This document shows, in pieces, positions 7,916 to 16,742 of a stretch of 20,000 nt of DNA. Location of the stretch: IMG/VR virus record IMGVR_UViG_3300029288_000155; one strand, given 5' to 3'. The notes under the pieces are model-generated. The model made no database searches. It was not told where the DNA came from and worked only from the letters and a program-made list of their open reading frames with translations. Numbering within the stretch: position 1 is the stretch's first letter; the number at the start of each line of letters is the position of its first letter. Origin of the DNA: an uncultured virus (IMG/VR IMGVR_UViG_3300029288_000155) (taxonomy: Duplodnaviria; Heunggongvirae; Uroviricota; Caudoviricetes). A program made the translations under genes and the position numbers.

Positions 7916-9334
7916 ATGAATTGGTATAAATTAGCACAAACTATTAATCATACATATGAAGTTAGAACAAATTATGTAGAAAGAATAGAAAATAAAATAA
8001 AATTTTTACAAAGAAAGGCAGATAGACTTGGGATTCCTAGAATGGAAATATCTGTTTCTAAACCTTTTATAAAAAACATAAATAAGTCTGAAAAGCAAAT
8101 ACAACAAGACAGTAGAATAGGAATAAAAGAAACAACAAGTCCAGTTGAATTTGTTCAAATTACAATAAGTGGAGAGCCTCCAAAGCTTCCTAATTGGCAA
8201 TTTATCGGCAGAATAGAGCATACCCCTGAGGGCAATATTGTTTCTACTTCTCCAGATTCCTCAGTTCCAGTTCCTACTGAATATAGGAATTCTGCTCCAT
8301 ATTGTGAACATTGTAACACTAATAGAGCTAGAAATGATACTTTTTTAGTATACAATACAACTACTCAAGAATTTAAACAAATTGGCAGTAGTTGTTTAAA
8401 AGATTTTTTAGGTCATAAAGATGCTAAGGAATATGCTCAAATGTGGGCAGAATGGTCATTAATAGATACTCAATTAAAAGAAATGCAAGGAAATATGGAT
8501 GACGACGATGAGTATGGCGGCGGCAGGGGAGAGCGATTTGCAAATGTCTTATCTTATCTTGCAGCAGCAGTTAAAGTAATTAAAAGATTTGGATTTTCAT
8601 CCACTACAATTAAAAGTACCGGGGAATATAATCCAGATTCTACTTTAAGTAAAGTAAATTATATTATGTTTCCTCCTAATCAAAATGAATCAGCTTATAA
8701 TGAATGGGAAAATTTTATTCAAAAAAATCAATTAAATATAGATGACTCAGACTACACAGAAGCTCAAAGTATAATTGATTGGGGTAAAAATTTATCAGAA
8801 GAAAAAGTTTCTGGAAGCAATTATTTGCAGAATTTAAAAGTTATTTTGTCTAACGATGGAGTTAATCCAAGGCATTTAGGTATTCTTGTTAGCGCTCCTG
8901 TAGCAAAAATGAAAGATGAAGAAAGAGAAATTTCTTATCAAAAAAGAGAGGAAGAAAACAAACAATCTGATTTTGTGGGAAAAGTAGGCGACAAAATATT
9001 AATGTCGGGAACTTTTGAAGGAAGTACTTCTTTTAATACTTCATTTGGGACAAGTCATGCTATTAATCTTCAAGATATAAATAAAAATAAATATACATGG
9101 TTTACACAAGACATCGGTTCTCTTATTGAATTTAATTTACAAAAAGGATCCCCTATTATCTTATTTGGAACAATTAAATCTCATGATGATAAATTTAAAG
9201 GGATTAAAAAAACTATTTTAACTAGATGCAAAATCATGTCTCCAGATGCAGATAAAATAGACCCTTCCTTTTATAAACCTGAAGAATTTATAAAACAAAA
9301 TAAAAAGAAAGCAAATCTATTAATAGGATTTTAA
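7916..9334 (+). CDS. phage-type protein with Zn-binding motif and C-terminal OB-fold-like domain
   Basis: CEHC...QIGSSCLKDFLG metal motif. C-terminal FVGKVGDKI...TWFT...GTIKSH...TILTRCK has an OB-fold pattern. N-terminus is MNWYKLAQ. Confidence 0.7.
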   Translation: MNWYKLAQTINHTYEVRTNYVERIENKIKFLQRKADRLGIPRMEISVSKPFIKNINKSEKQIQQDSRIGIKETTSPVEFVQITISGEPPKLPNWQFIGRIEHTPEGNIVSTSPDSSVPVPTEYRNSAPYCEHCNTNRARNDTFLVYNTTTQEFKQIGSSCLKDFLGHKDAKEYAQMWAEWSLIDTQLKEMQGNMDDDDEYGGGRGERFANVLSYLAAAVKVIKRFGFSSTTIKSTGEYNPDSTLSKVNYIMFPPNQNESAYNEWENFIQKNQLNIDDSDYTEAQSIIDWGKNLSEEKVSGSNYLQNLKVILSNDGVNPRHLGILVSAPVAKMKDEEREISYQKREEENKQSDFVGKVGDKILMSGTFEGSTSFNTSFGTSHAINLQDINKNKYTWFTQDIGSLIEFNLQKGSPIILFGTIKSHDDKFKGIKKTILTRCKIMSPDADKIDPSFYKPEEFIKQNKKKANLLIGF

Positions 9335-9348
9335 TTAGGAAAACAAAT

Positions 9349-9648
9349 ATGAAAATAATTAATACTGATACTTTTATAAAAAAAATGGCTCAATTGGCTC
9401 AAGAAGATAGTAATGAAAATATAGAAATAAATCAAAATGCTCCTTATTGGCAACTTCTAGAATCTCAATTTGGATCTATTTCTAAAATATCGGGAGAAGA
9501 TAGAACTAAAGTAAAAAATAAGCAAGAAGCTATGAAAACTCCAGGAAAAACTTTTTATATAGATGAAATAGAAAAAGATGTAGTTCTTGTTAATGATGGA
9601 AAAATGTCTCAAATATTAACTAAAGAAGCATTTAAATGGAAAATATAA
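9349..9648 (+). CDS. hypothetical protein with N-terminal KxAQ tag
   Basis: 99 aa, starts MKIINTDTFIKKMAQLAQ; AGGA SD. Confidence 0.75.
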   Translation: MKIINTDTFIKKMAQLAQEDSNENIEINQNAPYWQLLESQFGSISKISGEDRTKVKNKQEAMKTPGKTFYIDEIEKDVVLVNDGKMSQILTKEAFKWKI

Positions 9649-9649
9649 A

Positions 9650-9946
9650 ATGAATTGGCATAAAATCGCTCAAATAAAAACAATTCCAACTATACAAATT
9701 TTAAGTTATAATTATACTACAAATATATTAAAAGTTAATTTTAACGGAGGAAAAGGATATGCATATAAAGTTACTCCAGATTTATTTTATAGAATAAAAA
9801 AACTATTAGATCATCACAATTTTTCTTTGGTTTCTAAAATATTAAAAAATAAATCCCAACAAGAAAAATTAAATAATTTAAGATTAGAAACAAAAGAAGA
9901 ACAAGATTTAATTTTAAAAGACCTAGAAGAAAGAGGGTTTTTTTAG
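9650..9946 (+). CDS. KTSC-like domain protein
   Basis: IQILSYNYTTNILKVNFNGGKGYAYKVTPDLFY fits the KTSC pattern (YD..LxVxF.G..Y.Y..V....Y); starts MNWHKIAQ. Confidence 0.6.
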   Translation: MNWHKIAQIKTIPTIQILSYNYTTNILKVNFNGGKGYAYKVTPDLFYRIKKLLDHHNFSLVSKILKNKSQQEKLNNLRLETKEEQDLILKDLEERGFF

Positions 9947-9949
9947 AAT

Positions 9950-10183
9950 ATGGGGTGTAATTGCAATAAAAATAAAAAAGATATAAAGAAAATTACAATT
10001 ACAAATGTTCCTATTGTAAAAAAAGAAAATGTGATAAATAATGAATCTTATAAGTTAACCAAATGCAATTCTTGTAAGTTTAATTCTAGAAAAAATATAA
10101 ATGGAAGGTGTCTAAAAAGTAATAGATTAGTTTCAAACATAATAAAAGATATAAATTTTAAATGTCCTATAAATAGATTTTAA
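9950..10183 (+). CDS. small basic Cys-rich protein
   Basis: MGCNC start, CNSC...C...CP motif, Lys-rich. Confidence 0.7.
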   Translation: MGCNCNKNKKDIKKITITNVPIVKKENVINNESYKLTKCNSCKFNSRKNINGRCLKSNRLVSNIIKDINFKCPINRF

Positions 10184-10548
10184 ATATGAATTCCTTGCTC
10201 TCTTAATAATTGCGTTTTTAATGAAGAACATTCTTCACATCTGAATTTAGGATTCTTATCATGCCTTTGATCATAGTTTTTAGAATGAACTAATCTATAT
10301 CCTCTAGCTATTTTTCCACAATCTGAACATTGAATTTTCTCTTTTATTTCCCATTGAGCATCTAATTTATCTGATTTGAAAATATATAAATCAATAAAAT
10401 AAAAAAATGCTCCTCCTATTAAATTTGCTATTACTGTTGCCCAGGTTACCCCTAATGATGCAAATAAAGCAACACATAAAGCTAAAATAGGAGTTGATAA
10501 TTGCCACCGAAATAAATATACAGTATATCTTTTCCAATTAAATTTCAT
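10180..10548 (-). CDS. two-helix membrane protein (GtrA-like half) with C-terminal Zn finger
   Basis: Hydrophobic RWQLSTPILALCV...ATVIANLIGGAFFYFIDLYIF, then CSDC...CEEC. Confidence 0.7.
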   Translation of the reverse strand: MKFNWKRYTVYLFRWQLSTPILALCVALFASLGVTWATVIANLIGGAFFYFIDLYIFKSDKLDAQWEIKEKIQCSDCGKIARGYRLVHSKNYDQRHDKNPKFRCEECSSLKTQLLREQGIHI

Positions 10549-10567
10549 ATTTTCCCTTAGTAGAAAA

Positions 10568-10930
10568 TCAAAGTTGATTAAATCGTTCTTTGCCTAAATA
10601 TGCTAAAACAAATTTTTCATTTAATTTCATTAAATTAATTTCTCTAGTATCAATAAACAGAGTTGTTGAGCTTTGCATTTTTTTATTTATTACATTATCT
10701 TTTAATTCATATCCTGTGACTATAACATATGGAAGATCTATAGCCTCTACTCTCATTAAAAGACCTTTTAAATTACTATATCTTTGATTGACTTCTTTAG
10801 GAGGAACCAAAAAAGAAAACATATCCATTTCTGGGATTTGTTGTTGAATATTATTAGGAGTATTTTCTTTAAGGGAGAATACTGTAATAAACATTCCAAC
10901 TTCTAGATCATCTAATTGCAAAATTGCCAT
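10568..10930 (-). CDS. hypothetical protein
   Basis: 120-aa ORF, AAAGGA SD. Confidence 0.75.
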   Translation of the reverse strand: MAILQLDDLEVGMFITVFSLKENTPNNIQQQIPEMDMFSFLVPPKEVNQRYSNLKGLLMRVEAIDLPYVIVTGYELKDNVINKKMQSSTTLFIDTREINLMKLNEKFVLAYLGKERFNQL

Positions 10931-10984
10931 AGAAAACTAATCCTTTCAAAATATTTTTATAAAATACAAAAAACACTTATTTTT

Positions 10985-11890
10985 TTATAAGGAAAAACAT
11001 GTATTCAAAATTCTTTTTTCTGCTATAAGGCAGTATTTGGAAGAAATATCAGACCCAAGATATTTTCTATTATTTTTATGTGACACGATTGCTGTTGTTC
11101 CGGATCCCATAAATGGATCAAAAACGATTCCTTTTTCTGGGCACCCTGCCACAATACAAGGCTCTATTAGGTCAGGAGGATATGTTGCAAAATGAGCACC
11201 TTTAAAAGGTTTTAAAGAAACTGTCCATACAGATCTTTTATTCCTCTTCCCATTGTCTGAAAATTCTCTATTAATATCGTTTCTCATTGTTCCTTCTTGA
11301 TTCTTAGAACCAAAGACTCTTTTTGTCTTTTTTTTACTAACAGCTTCTTCTTTAATTGCATTATTGTTAAAATAATATTTTTCAGATTTTGACAATAAAA
11401 ATATATATTCATGAGCCTTTGTACACCTATCGGTAACTCCTTCTGGCATAGGATTACTTTTATGCCATATAATATCTTGTCTTAAATACCATCCATCTGT
11501 TTGTAGAGCAAAAGCAACCCTCCAAGGAATTCCAATTAAATCTTTAGTTTTTAATCCTATACCCGTTTTTTTGTAAACTCCTTCTCTTTTGTTTCCCATT
11601 CCGGCTCTTCCAGTTGAGGATCTTGAACAATTCCCGGCATAACTGTCTCCTAAATTTAACCATAAAGTTCCATCATTTTTCATTATTCTTTTAACTTCTT
11701 TAAAAACTAATGTTAATTTAGAAACATATTCTTCAACAGATTCTTCTAGCCCAATTTGTCCGGAACAATTATAGTCTCTTAGTCCATAGTAAGGAGGACT
11801 CGTGACACAGCAATTAATATAATTGTCTGGAATTAATTTCATAAATTCTAAACAATCAGCATTATAAATTTTATTAAGCTCTAAGTTCAT
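10985..11890 (-). CDS. orphan N4-cytosine/N6-adenine DNA methyltransferase, beta class
   Basis: Catalytic TSPPY near the N-terminus; SAM-binding DPFMGSGTT near the C-terminus; WYLRQDIIWHK and HFATYP motifs. Confidence 0.95.
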   Translation of the reverse strand: MNLELNKIYNADCLEFMKLIPDNYINCCVTSPPYYGLRDYNCSGQIGLEESVEEYVSKLTLVFKEVKRIMKNDGTLWLNLGDSYAGNCSRSSTGRAGMGNKREGVYKKTGIGLKTKDLIGIPWRVAFALQTDGWYLRQDIIWHKSNPMPEGVTDRCTKAHEYIFLLSKSEKYYFNNNAIKEEAVSKKKTKRVFGSKNQEGTMRNDINREFSDNGKRNKRSVWTVSLKPFKGAHFATYPPDLIEPCIVAGCPEKGIVFDPFMGSGTTAIVSHKNNRKYLGSDISSKYCLIAEKRILNTCFSL

Positions 11891-11906
11891 TTTTTATTTC
11901 CTTTCA

Positions 11907-12068
11907 TTAAATTTCCTTTTTTAGATCAAAAACCATTTTATTTAATAATTTTTTAAATTCTTTTTTTGTGTTTTTATCCAATAATTGTTTATCATAACAC
12001 TGAAGCAATGTTTGAATTTTTTCAACTTGTGTCATTTTTTGTTTTTTTGATTTTTTGTATTTTTTCAT
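11907..12068 (-). CDS. 53-aa basic protein (absent from ORF track)
   Basis: MKKYKKSKKQKMTQVEKIQTLLQCYDKQLLDKNTKKEFKKLLNKMVFDLKKEI*; AAAGGA SD; directly after a promoter. Confidence 0.65.
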   Translation of the reverse strand: MKKYKKSKKQKMTQVEKIQTLLQCYDKQLLDKNTKKEFKKLLNKMVFDLKKEI

Positions 12069-12106
12069 AAATAGTTCCTTTTTAAAAAGTTAAAAATAAT
12101 AGAATC

Positions 12107-12135
12107 AATATAATAGAGAAAAGATTTAAAGTCAA
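12107..12135 (-). promoter_or_regulatory. sigma70-like promoter for the DNA methyltransferase block
   Basis: TTGACT(12135-12130)-N17-TATATT(12112-12107). Confidence 0.7.
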
Positions 12136-12146
12136 GAGGAAAATTT

Positions 12147-12716
12147 TTATATTAAAGTGTCTTTTTTTAACAATAACGTAACGTTTTTATTTTTTCCTCT
12201 TTCTATCCTCTTTATAATAAAAATATTTTTTCCTAAAATATCTATCCACCAATCTAAAGGGTGTACTGTTTTATGAAGACCCTTACTCACGTTATAATGA
12301 GCTATAGAGAAAATTTGCATATTTCCAATATTAAAAAATATATTTAAAAACGGTTTTATATGTTTTTCTTCTAAGTGTTCTAAAACATCAAAACAAAAAC
12401 TAATGTCAAAAACAGATGTATCTAAATTCCATATTGGCAAAGTTATATCTTGTTGAAAAAAAATATATTTTTTTCTATCATAATTCCCAGTGCTTATATC
12501 TATGCCGGTAATACGATATCCTTTATCAGAAAGAAAATCACATAGTTTTCCATTTCCACATCCTATGTCTAAAATATTATGTGATGTTTTAATATATTCT
12601 TCCCATAAGTCAAAAAGTATTAATCCTTGATTTTGTTTTTTATATGGAATAGAGATATCATGAATATGGTCATAAATTTCTTTATATGTTGATCTTTTGT
12701 AGTCTATATCTTTCAT
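12147..12716 (-). CDS. class I SAM-dependent methyltransferase
   Basis: ILDIGCGNG, TGIDIS, FCFDVLEHL motifs. Confidence 0.9.
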   Translation of the reverse strand: MKDIDYKRSTYKEIYDHIHDISIPYKKQNQGLILFDLWEEYIKTSHNILDIGCGNGKLCDFLSDKGYRITGIDISTGNYDRKKYIFFQQDITLPIWNLDTSVFDISFCFDVLEHLEEKHIKPFLNIFFNIGNMQIFSIAHYNVSKGLHKTVHPLDWWIDILGKNIFIIKRIERGKNKNVTLLLKKDTLI

Positions 12717-13633
12717 AAATTTAAAACATTATAAGCGTAACAAAATTCTTCTGTTATAGGAAATAAATTTTTACTTTCTGAAAAATGTTTTATTAACTTT
12801 ACCCATTTATCTACTGATATTTCCTGATATATCAAATATTTCCATACTAAAAAATTACATAACTTATATCCCAAATTAATATCAGTAGAAACATCATCTG
12901 GATACTCATAAGAAGTGTATAAAACTGGTTTATTTTGCCAAAAATATCCAGGAGCAAATTGAGCGACCTTAACTCCTCTTATTAAACAATCAACTACAAA
13001 TGTTGAATTATAAGTTAATACAAATTTACACTTGTCTAGTACTGTATGATTAACCCTTCCAATTTTACAATTATTTTCTTCAGCATAAAAACGGAATTTT
13101 TCTTCCACTTCTCCCTTATTCCAAGGATGTAATTTTAAAAATAATTTTTCTTTATAATACTTACAAGCTCCTTCCACAAACTTGTAATAATCATAAGTAG
13201 AGGATCCTCTATGAATGCTTCTATCCTCTGGGTTTTGTAAAGCTAAAACAATTCCATCCCAAGCAAAATCTGTTTTACTTTGTTGAAATTTAGTGGGTGG
13301 AAATTTTTTATTAAAAATAATTTTACTCGCTTCAATAGGAGGGGAAAAATTTTCAATCATTTGTTGAGCTTGTGGAGTATTTAAAGAACATGAAGAATAT
13401 AACCCAATTGTATCAATATGAACTGCATCCCAAAAAAATCCTGTTTCCATAACTCCCATTTTTACTTTATTTACTGGATCTCCCCAGGATAAAACATAGC
13501 TATTATTTTCATATTTTTTTTCATCTACCTTAAATTCAGGGTATTTAGAAAAATTTTTTTCTGTTATTTGCCTTATTGCTGTTAAATTATAAATATATTT
13601 AGAAATATAAATATTTTTTATTTTTTGTTTCAT
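12713..13633 (-). CDS. KpsC/KpsS-like (capsule biosynthesis family) glycosyltransferase
   Basis: METGFF, ALQNPEDRSI, FLKLHPW, VLTYNSTFVVDCLIRGVKV resemble the HP and NST..(E/D)A...G motifs of this family. Confidence 0.6.
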   Translation of the reverse strand: MKQKIKNIYISKYIYNLTAIRQITEKNFSKYPEFKVDEKKYENNSYVLSWGDPVNKVKMGVMETGFFWDAVHIDTIGLYSSCSLNTPQAQQMIENFSPPIEASKIIFNKKFPPTKFQQSKTDFAWDGIVLALQNPEDRSIHRGSSTYDYYKFVEGACKYYKEKLFLKLHPWNKGEVEEKFRFYAEENNCKIGRVNHTVLDKCKFVLTYNSTFVVDCLIRGVKVAQFAPGYFWQNKPVLYTSYEYPDDVSTDINLGYKLCNFLVWKYLIYQEISVDKWVKLIKHFSESKNLFPITEEFCYAYNVLNL

Positions 13634-14718
13634 ATTTTAAATACATTTTCCCATGATTTTATAGATGTTTCTAATCCCCATTCTTTTTCTAATTTTTCCT
13701 TAGCTTTTCCCCTCATATCTTCTTTTTCCTGGACTTCGTGTGCTATTCTGGAACACTTATATACAAACTCCCTATCGTTATTGCAAAGCCATCCTGTTTT
13801 TCCATCTTCTACTAATACTTTCCATCCTCCTCTATTATCTACAACTAAAACTGTTCCAGAAGCCATTGCTTCAAAACCTACTCTTGGTAAATTTTCAAAC
13901 GTTTCGGTTTGCATAATCAAAACATCACAAAAATTATAAAAATCCTGTTGAGTTATTCCTCCCTCTGGATAACATTTTATCCAATCTGGGGGAGAAAAAT
14001 TATTAAACTTTTTTATAGCCCTATTATCCCAACCTAAAATTAACCCTTGTTTAATACAAGGAGCGGTCATTGTTTCATATATCCAGAATTGTTCTTTCCC
14101 ATATTTGTCAGAATCTCCTCTAGAAATTCTTCCAAAGCGAAATTGATCGTTTTCTCTATTTTCTTTGTATTTAAAAAAAGATGTATCAAAATAGGGCTTA
14201 AATAAAATAGGAGTATATTTATTAAATTCTTTTAATTTTTGAGATACTTTATTAAATTGATGTTCTGTTTGATATAAATTAAAATCTATTAATCCTCTTC
14301 TTTGGCAATCTATTTCTTTTTCAAAATTCCAAGTCATACAATTTACAAAAGTGGTTGTTCTTGCATATTTTTTTATTTCTTCTAAATTATTTAAAAATTC
14401 CCCATTACAAAAAGAGATAACGTGTAATCCTTCTAATGATTCCCAATTTTTTGGAGATGGGACAATACACCCCATCTTTTCTACTTCTTCTTTTTTCTTT
14501 AAACAGTTGTTGTCAAAACCCCCAGTGTGACAAAGAGTAACAGATACCCCCATTTTTCTCCAACAAATTATTTGATGAAAAAGTTCTGTATCTGCTCCTC
14601 CTAAATTGCTTGGAAATCCAACAACTCCTATTTTTATTTCTGAGTCAGATTGATTAACCTTTTTAACTTCTTCTATTTTTTCTATAAAAGGTTTTCTATG
14701 CGGTCTTATTTGATTCAT
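13630..14718 (-). CDS. GT-B glycosyltransferase, GT4-like
   Basis: N-terminal GGADTE; ENLPRVGFEAMASG (E-x7-E motif); GG...VEDGKTGWL. Confidence 0.9.
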   Translation of the reverse strand: MNQIRPHRKPFIEKIEEVKKVNQSDSEIKIGVVGFPSNLGGADTELFHQIICWRKMGVSVTLCHTGGFDNNCLKKKEEVEKMGCIVPSPKNWESLEGLHVISFCNGEFLNNLEEIKKYARTTTFVNCMTWNFEKEIDCQRRGLIDFNLYQTEHQFNKVSQKLKEFNKYTPILFKPYFDTSFFKYKENRENDQFRFGRISRGDSDKYGKEQFWIYETMTAPCIKQGLILGWDNRAIKKFNNFSPPDWIKCYPEGGITQQDFYNFCDVLIMQTETFENLPRVGFEAMASGTVLVVDNRGGWKVLVEDGKTGWLCNNDREFVYKCSRIAHEVQEKEDMRGKAKEKLEKEWGLETSIKSWENVFKI

Positions 14719-15064
14719 CTCTCATAATCTCATTGTATCTTTCTGCAAATTTCTTATTAACACAATTATTTGTATCTTTCATAAAATCTTCTAATACTAA
14801 TTTTTTACCAGAAACAGAACAATAAAAATCTACTATTTTTTGAAGATCTTCTTCTGTAAAATACTTATCAATGATATCATATATTTCTTCAATACACTTT
14901 TCTACATTAAAATCTTTTATTTTTTCTTTTATTTCTTCTGGATTAATACTAGGAAATAAAGACATTAGCCACATTTCATTTCTAATAAAAGAATCTTCTA
15001 ATAGTTTTTGTTGTTTAGAACTTTTTAAAAAGACTTCTATTAAATATCTTTTTTTTTCTGTCAT
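14696..15064 (-). CDS. DUF2059-like protein
   Basis: KYFTEEDLQKIVDFYCSVSGKKL matches the DUF2059 signature as I recall it (F(T/S)xEEL..L..FY.SP.GKK). Confidence 0.65.
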   Translation of the reverse strand: MTEKKRYLIEVFLKSSKQQKLLEDSFIRNEMWLMSLFPSINPEEIKEKIKDFNVEKCIEEIYDIIDKYFTEEDLQKIVDFYCSVSGKKLVLEDFMKDTNNCVNKKFAERYNEIMRDESNKTA

Positions 15065-16731
15065 TTTTTTACCTTTATTTTGTAAACACTATTTTCTTTA
15101 TAAAATAAAACATTATGTTCATCACTACTTAAAATCATATCTCCATTTATTACAGGATCTTCTATAATAACCATCTTATCGTCATCATATCTATTAGAAA
15201 AAATTTCTACTTTTTCTTCTTCTGTAATATAAACTGTAATACCATTTTTTGCAACAGTAAAATTAATACCAGAATAAATAATATCGTCTATTTTTCTAAC
15301 AGAATATTCATTAAAAGACTCATTCATTTTAAAAATAAACTTAGAATATTTTCCGTTTTTATTAGCTATAATTATTAATATTTTATTTAAATATTTGGCA
15401 TCTACTATTTTATATCCTATAGCTTCTTTAATTTTAATCTGATAAGCAGTTTTACTTTGTGGAAAAATACAAGCAACACAAGAACCTAAAATATCTTGTA
15501 AAATTACTCCATCATAAAATTTAGTAGAATTTTCATTAACAGTAGTTACTTCTGTAGCTACGGGAATTATTTTATTAGGTAATTCTATATAAGTAATTTC
15601 AGATATTTTATTTTTTTGTTTAATATATACTCTTCCATCTAAATACATAATATCTTCGGCGAAAATATCACATTCTAATTCTTTTTTATTATTAAAATCA
15701 AAAAGATTTAATCTTTCATTACATATTTTAGATAAAATTATTTTATTATTTGGAGTTACAGAAAAATTAGAATAATCTTTATTTATAACATTATTATTTA
15801 CAGATATATCATTATTTTTAAGGAAACAAACATTATTTCTACAGTAACTATAAAATTTAACTATTTTATTATTATATTTAAACAAATCTGTTATCTCAAA
15901 TTTGTCGCCCCCTTTAATAATAGATTGAATATTTAATGGAGAAATTATAACAACTGTATCAGTTGGGGGAGATACCCTTTCTCCTTTTAAAAATATAGTT
16001 CTGTACCACTCTCTGTAGGTCTCTGGAATAGAATTAAATGGATAACATACCTTTGGGATAGAAACGTCAGGATGGAACGCAGGAACGTTTTTTAACATTC
16101 TTTCTTCCATTGTTTTAATCTTAGGATGAGTTCCCTTAAAAGGATGAATTCCAATAAACATTTGATAGGTAATTATCCCAAAAGAAAACCAATCTGTCAT
16201 TTCACTAAAATTTTTACTATGCCTATCTTTAATACTGTCCATAATGGCAGTAGCTGGAAAATGAGGAGTTTGATAACTATCTGTATCTATGAAATAAATT
16301 TCCTTAAAATTAAAATCTAATAATAAATTCAATTCATTTAAATCCACAATTAAAACATCTTTACTATGAATATTATTAATAGTTTTTTGAGCGTTTTTTA
16401 TTAAGTTTATCGTTGTTTCTAAAGATATTTTATTTCTATCTTTAAACGCCTTAGTAAAATATTGACACATTGAATAAGTATCTTTTAAATATTTCATACT
16501 ATATCCAACTATTTCTTTTTTATCATTAGAAATAATTTCTAAAGGAATAACAACGTTTTTATCCGTAATTTTAGATAATTCTTGTATTTTTAAAAGGGGC
16601 ATAGCCTTTTTAGGATCATGATAAATTTTATAGACAATATCATTATCTCTATAAATTTGCCCTTCTCCCCCTTGCGCAACAAAGTTATTTTTATTTAATT
16701 TTAAATCTTTTAAATTTAAAGTATTTAACAT
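15061..16731 (-). CDS. Ser/Thr protein kinase (TerY-P/YegI-like) with long beta-rich C-terminal region
   Basis: QGGEGQIY glycine loop, VYKIY lysine, VDLNELN catalytic loop, IDTDSYQ, DWFSFGII...GIHPFKG. Confidence 0.9.
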   Translation of the reverse strand: MLNTLNLKDLKLNKNNFVAQGGEGQIYRDNDIVYKIYHDPKKAMPLLKIQELSKITDKNVVIPLEIISNDKKEIVGYSMKYLKDTYSMCQYFTKAFKDRNKISLETTINLIKNAQKTINNIHSKDVLIVDLNELNLLLDFNFKEIYFIDTDSYQTPHFPATAIMDSIKDRHSKNFSEMTDWFSFGIITYQMFIGIHPFKGTHPKIKTMEERMLKNVPAFHPDVSIPKVCYPFNSIPETYREWYRTIFLKGERVSPPTDTVVIISPLNIQSIIKGGDKFEITDLFKYNNKIVKFYSYCRNNVCFLKNNDISVNNNVINKDYSNFSVTPNNKIILSKICNERLNLFDFNNKKELECDIFAEDIMYLDGRVYIKQKNKISEITYIELPNKIIPVATEVTTVNENSTKFYDGVILQDILGSCVACIFPQSKTAYQIKIKEAIGYKIVDAKYLNKILIIIANKNGKYSKFIFKMNESFNEYSVRKIDDIIYSGINFTVAKNGITVYITEEEKVEIFSNRYDDDKMVIIEDPVINGDMILSSDEHNVLFYKENSVYKIKVKK

Positions 16732-16742
16732 TTTAAATCTTT

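Noticed and set aside
4768..8355. Minus-strand ORFs 4768..5040, 6340..6564, 7132..7314, 8006..8221, 8155..8355
   Set aside because: Antisense shadows of long, motif-bearing plus-strand genes; no recognisable protein features.
10525..10548. MKFNWKRY start as another NW-K tag
   Set aside because: Lacks the AQ, lies on the other strand and leads into a membrane helix.
10568..11890. Complete restriction-modification system
   Set aside because: No neighbour shows PD-(D/E)xK, HNH or GIY-YIG motifs.
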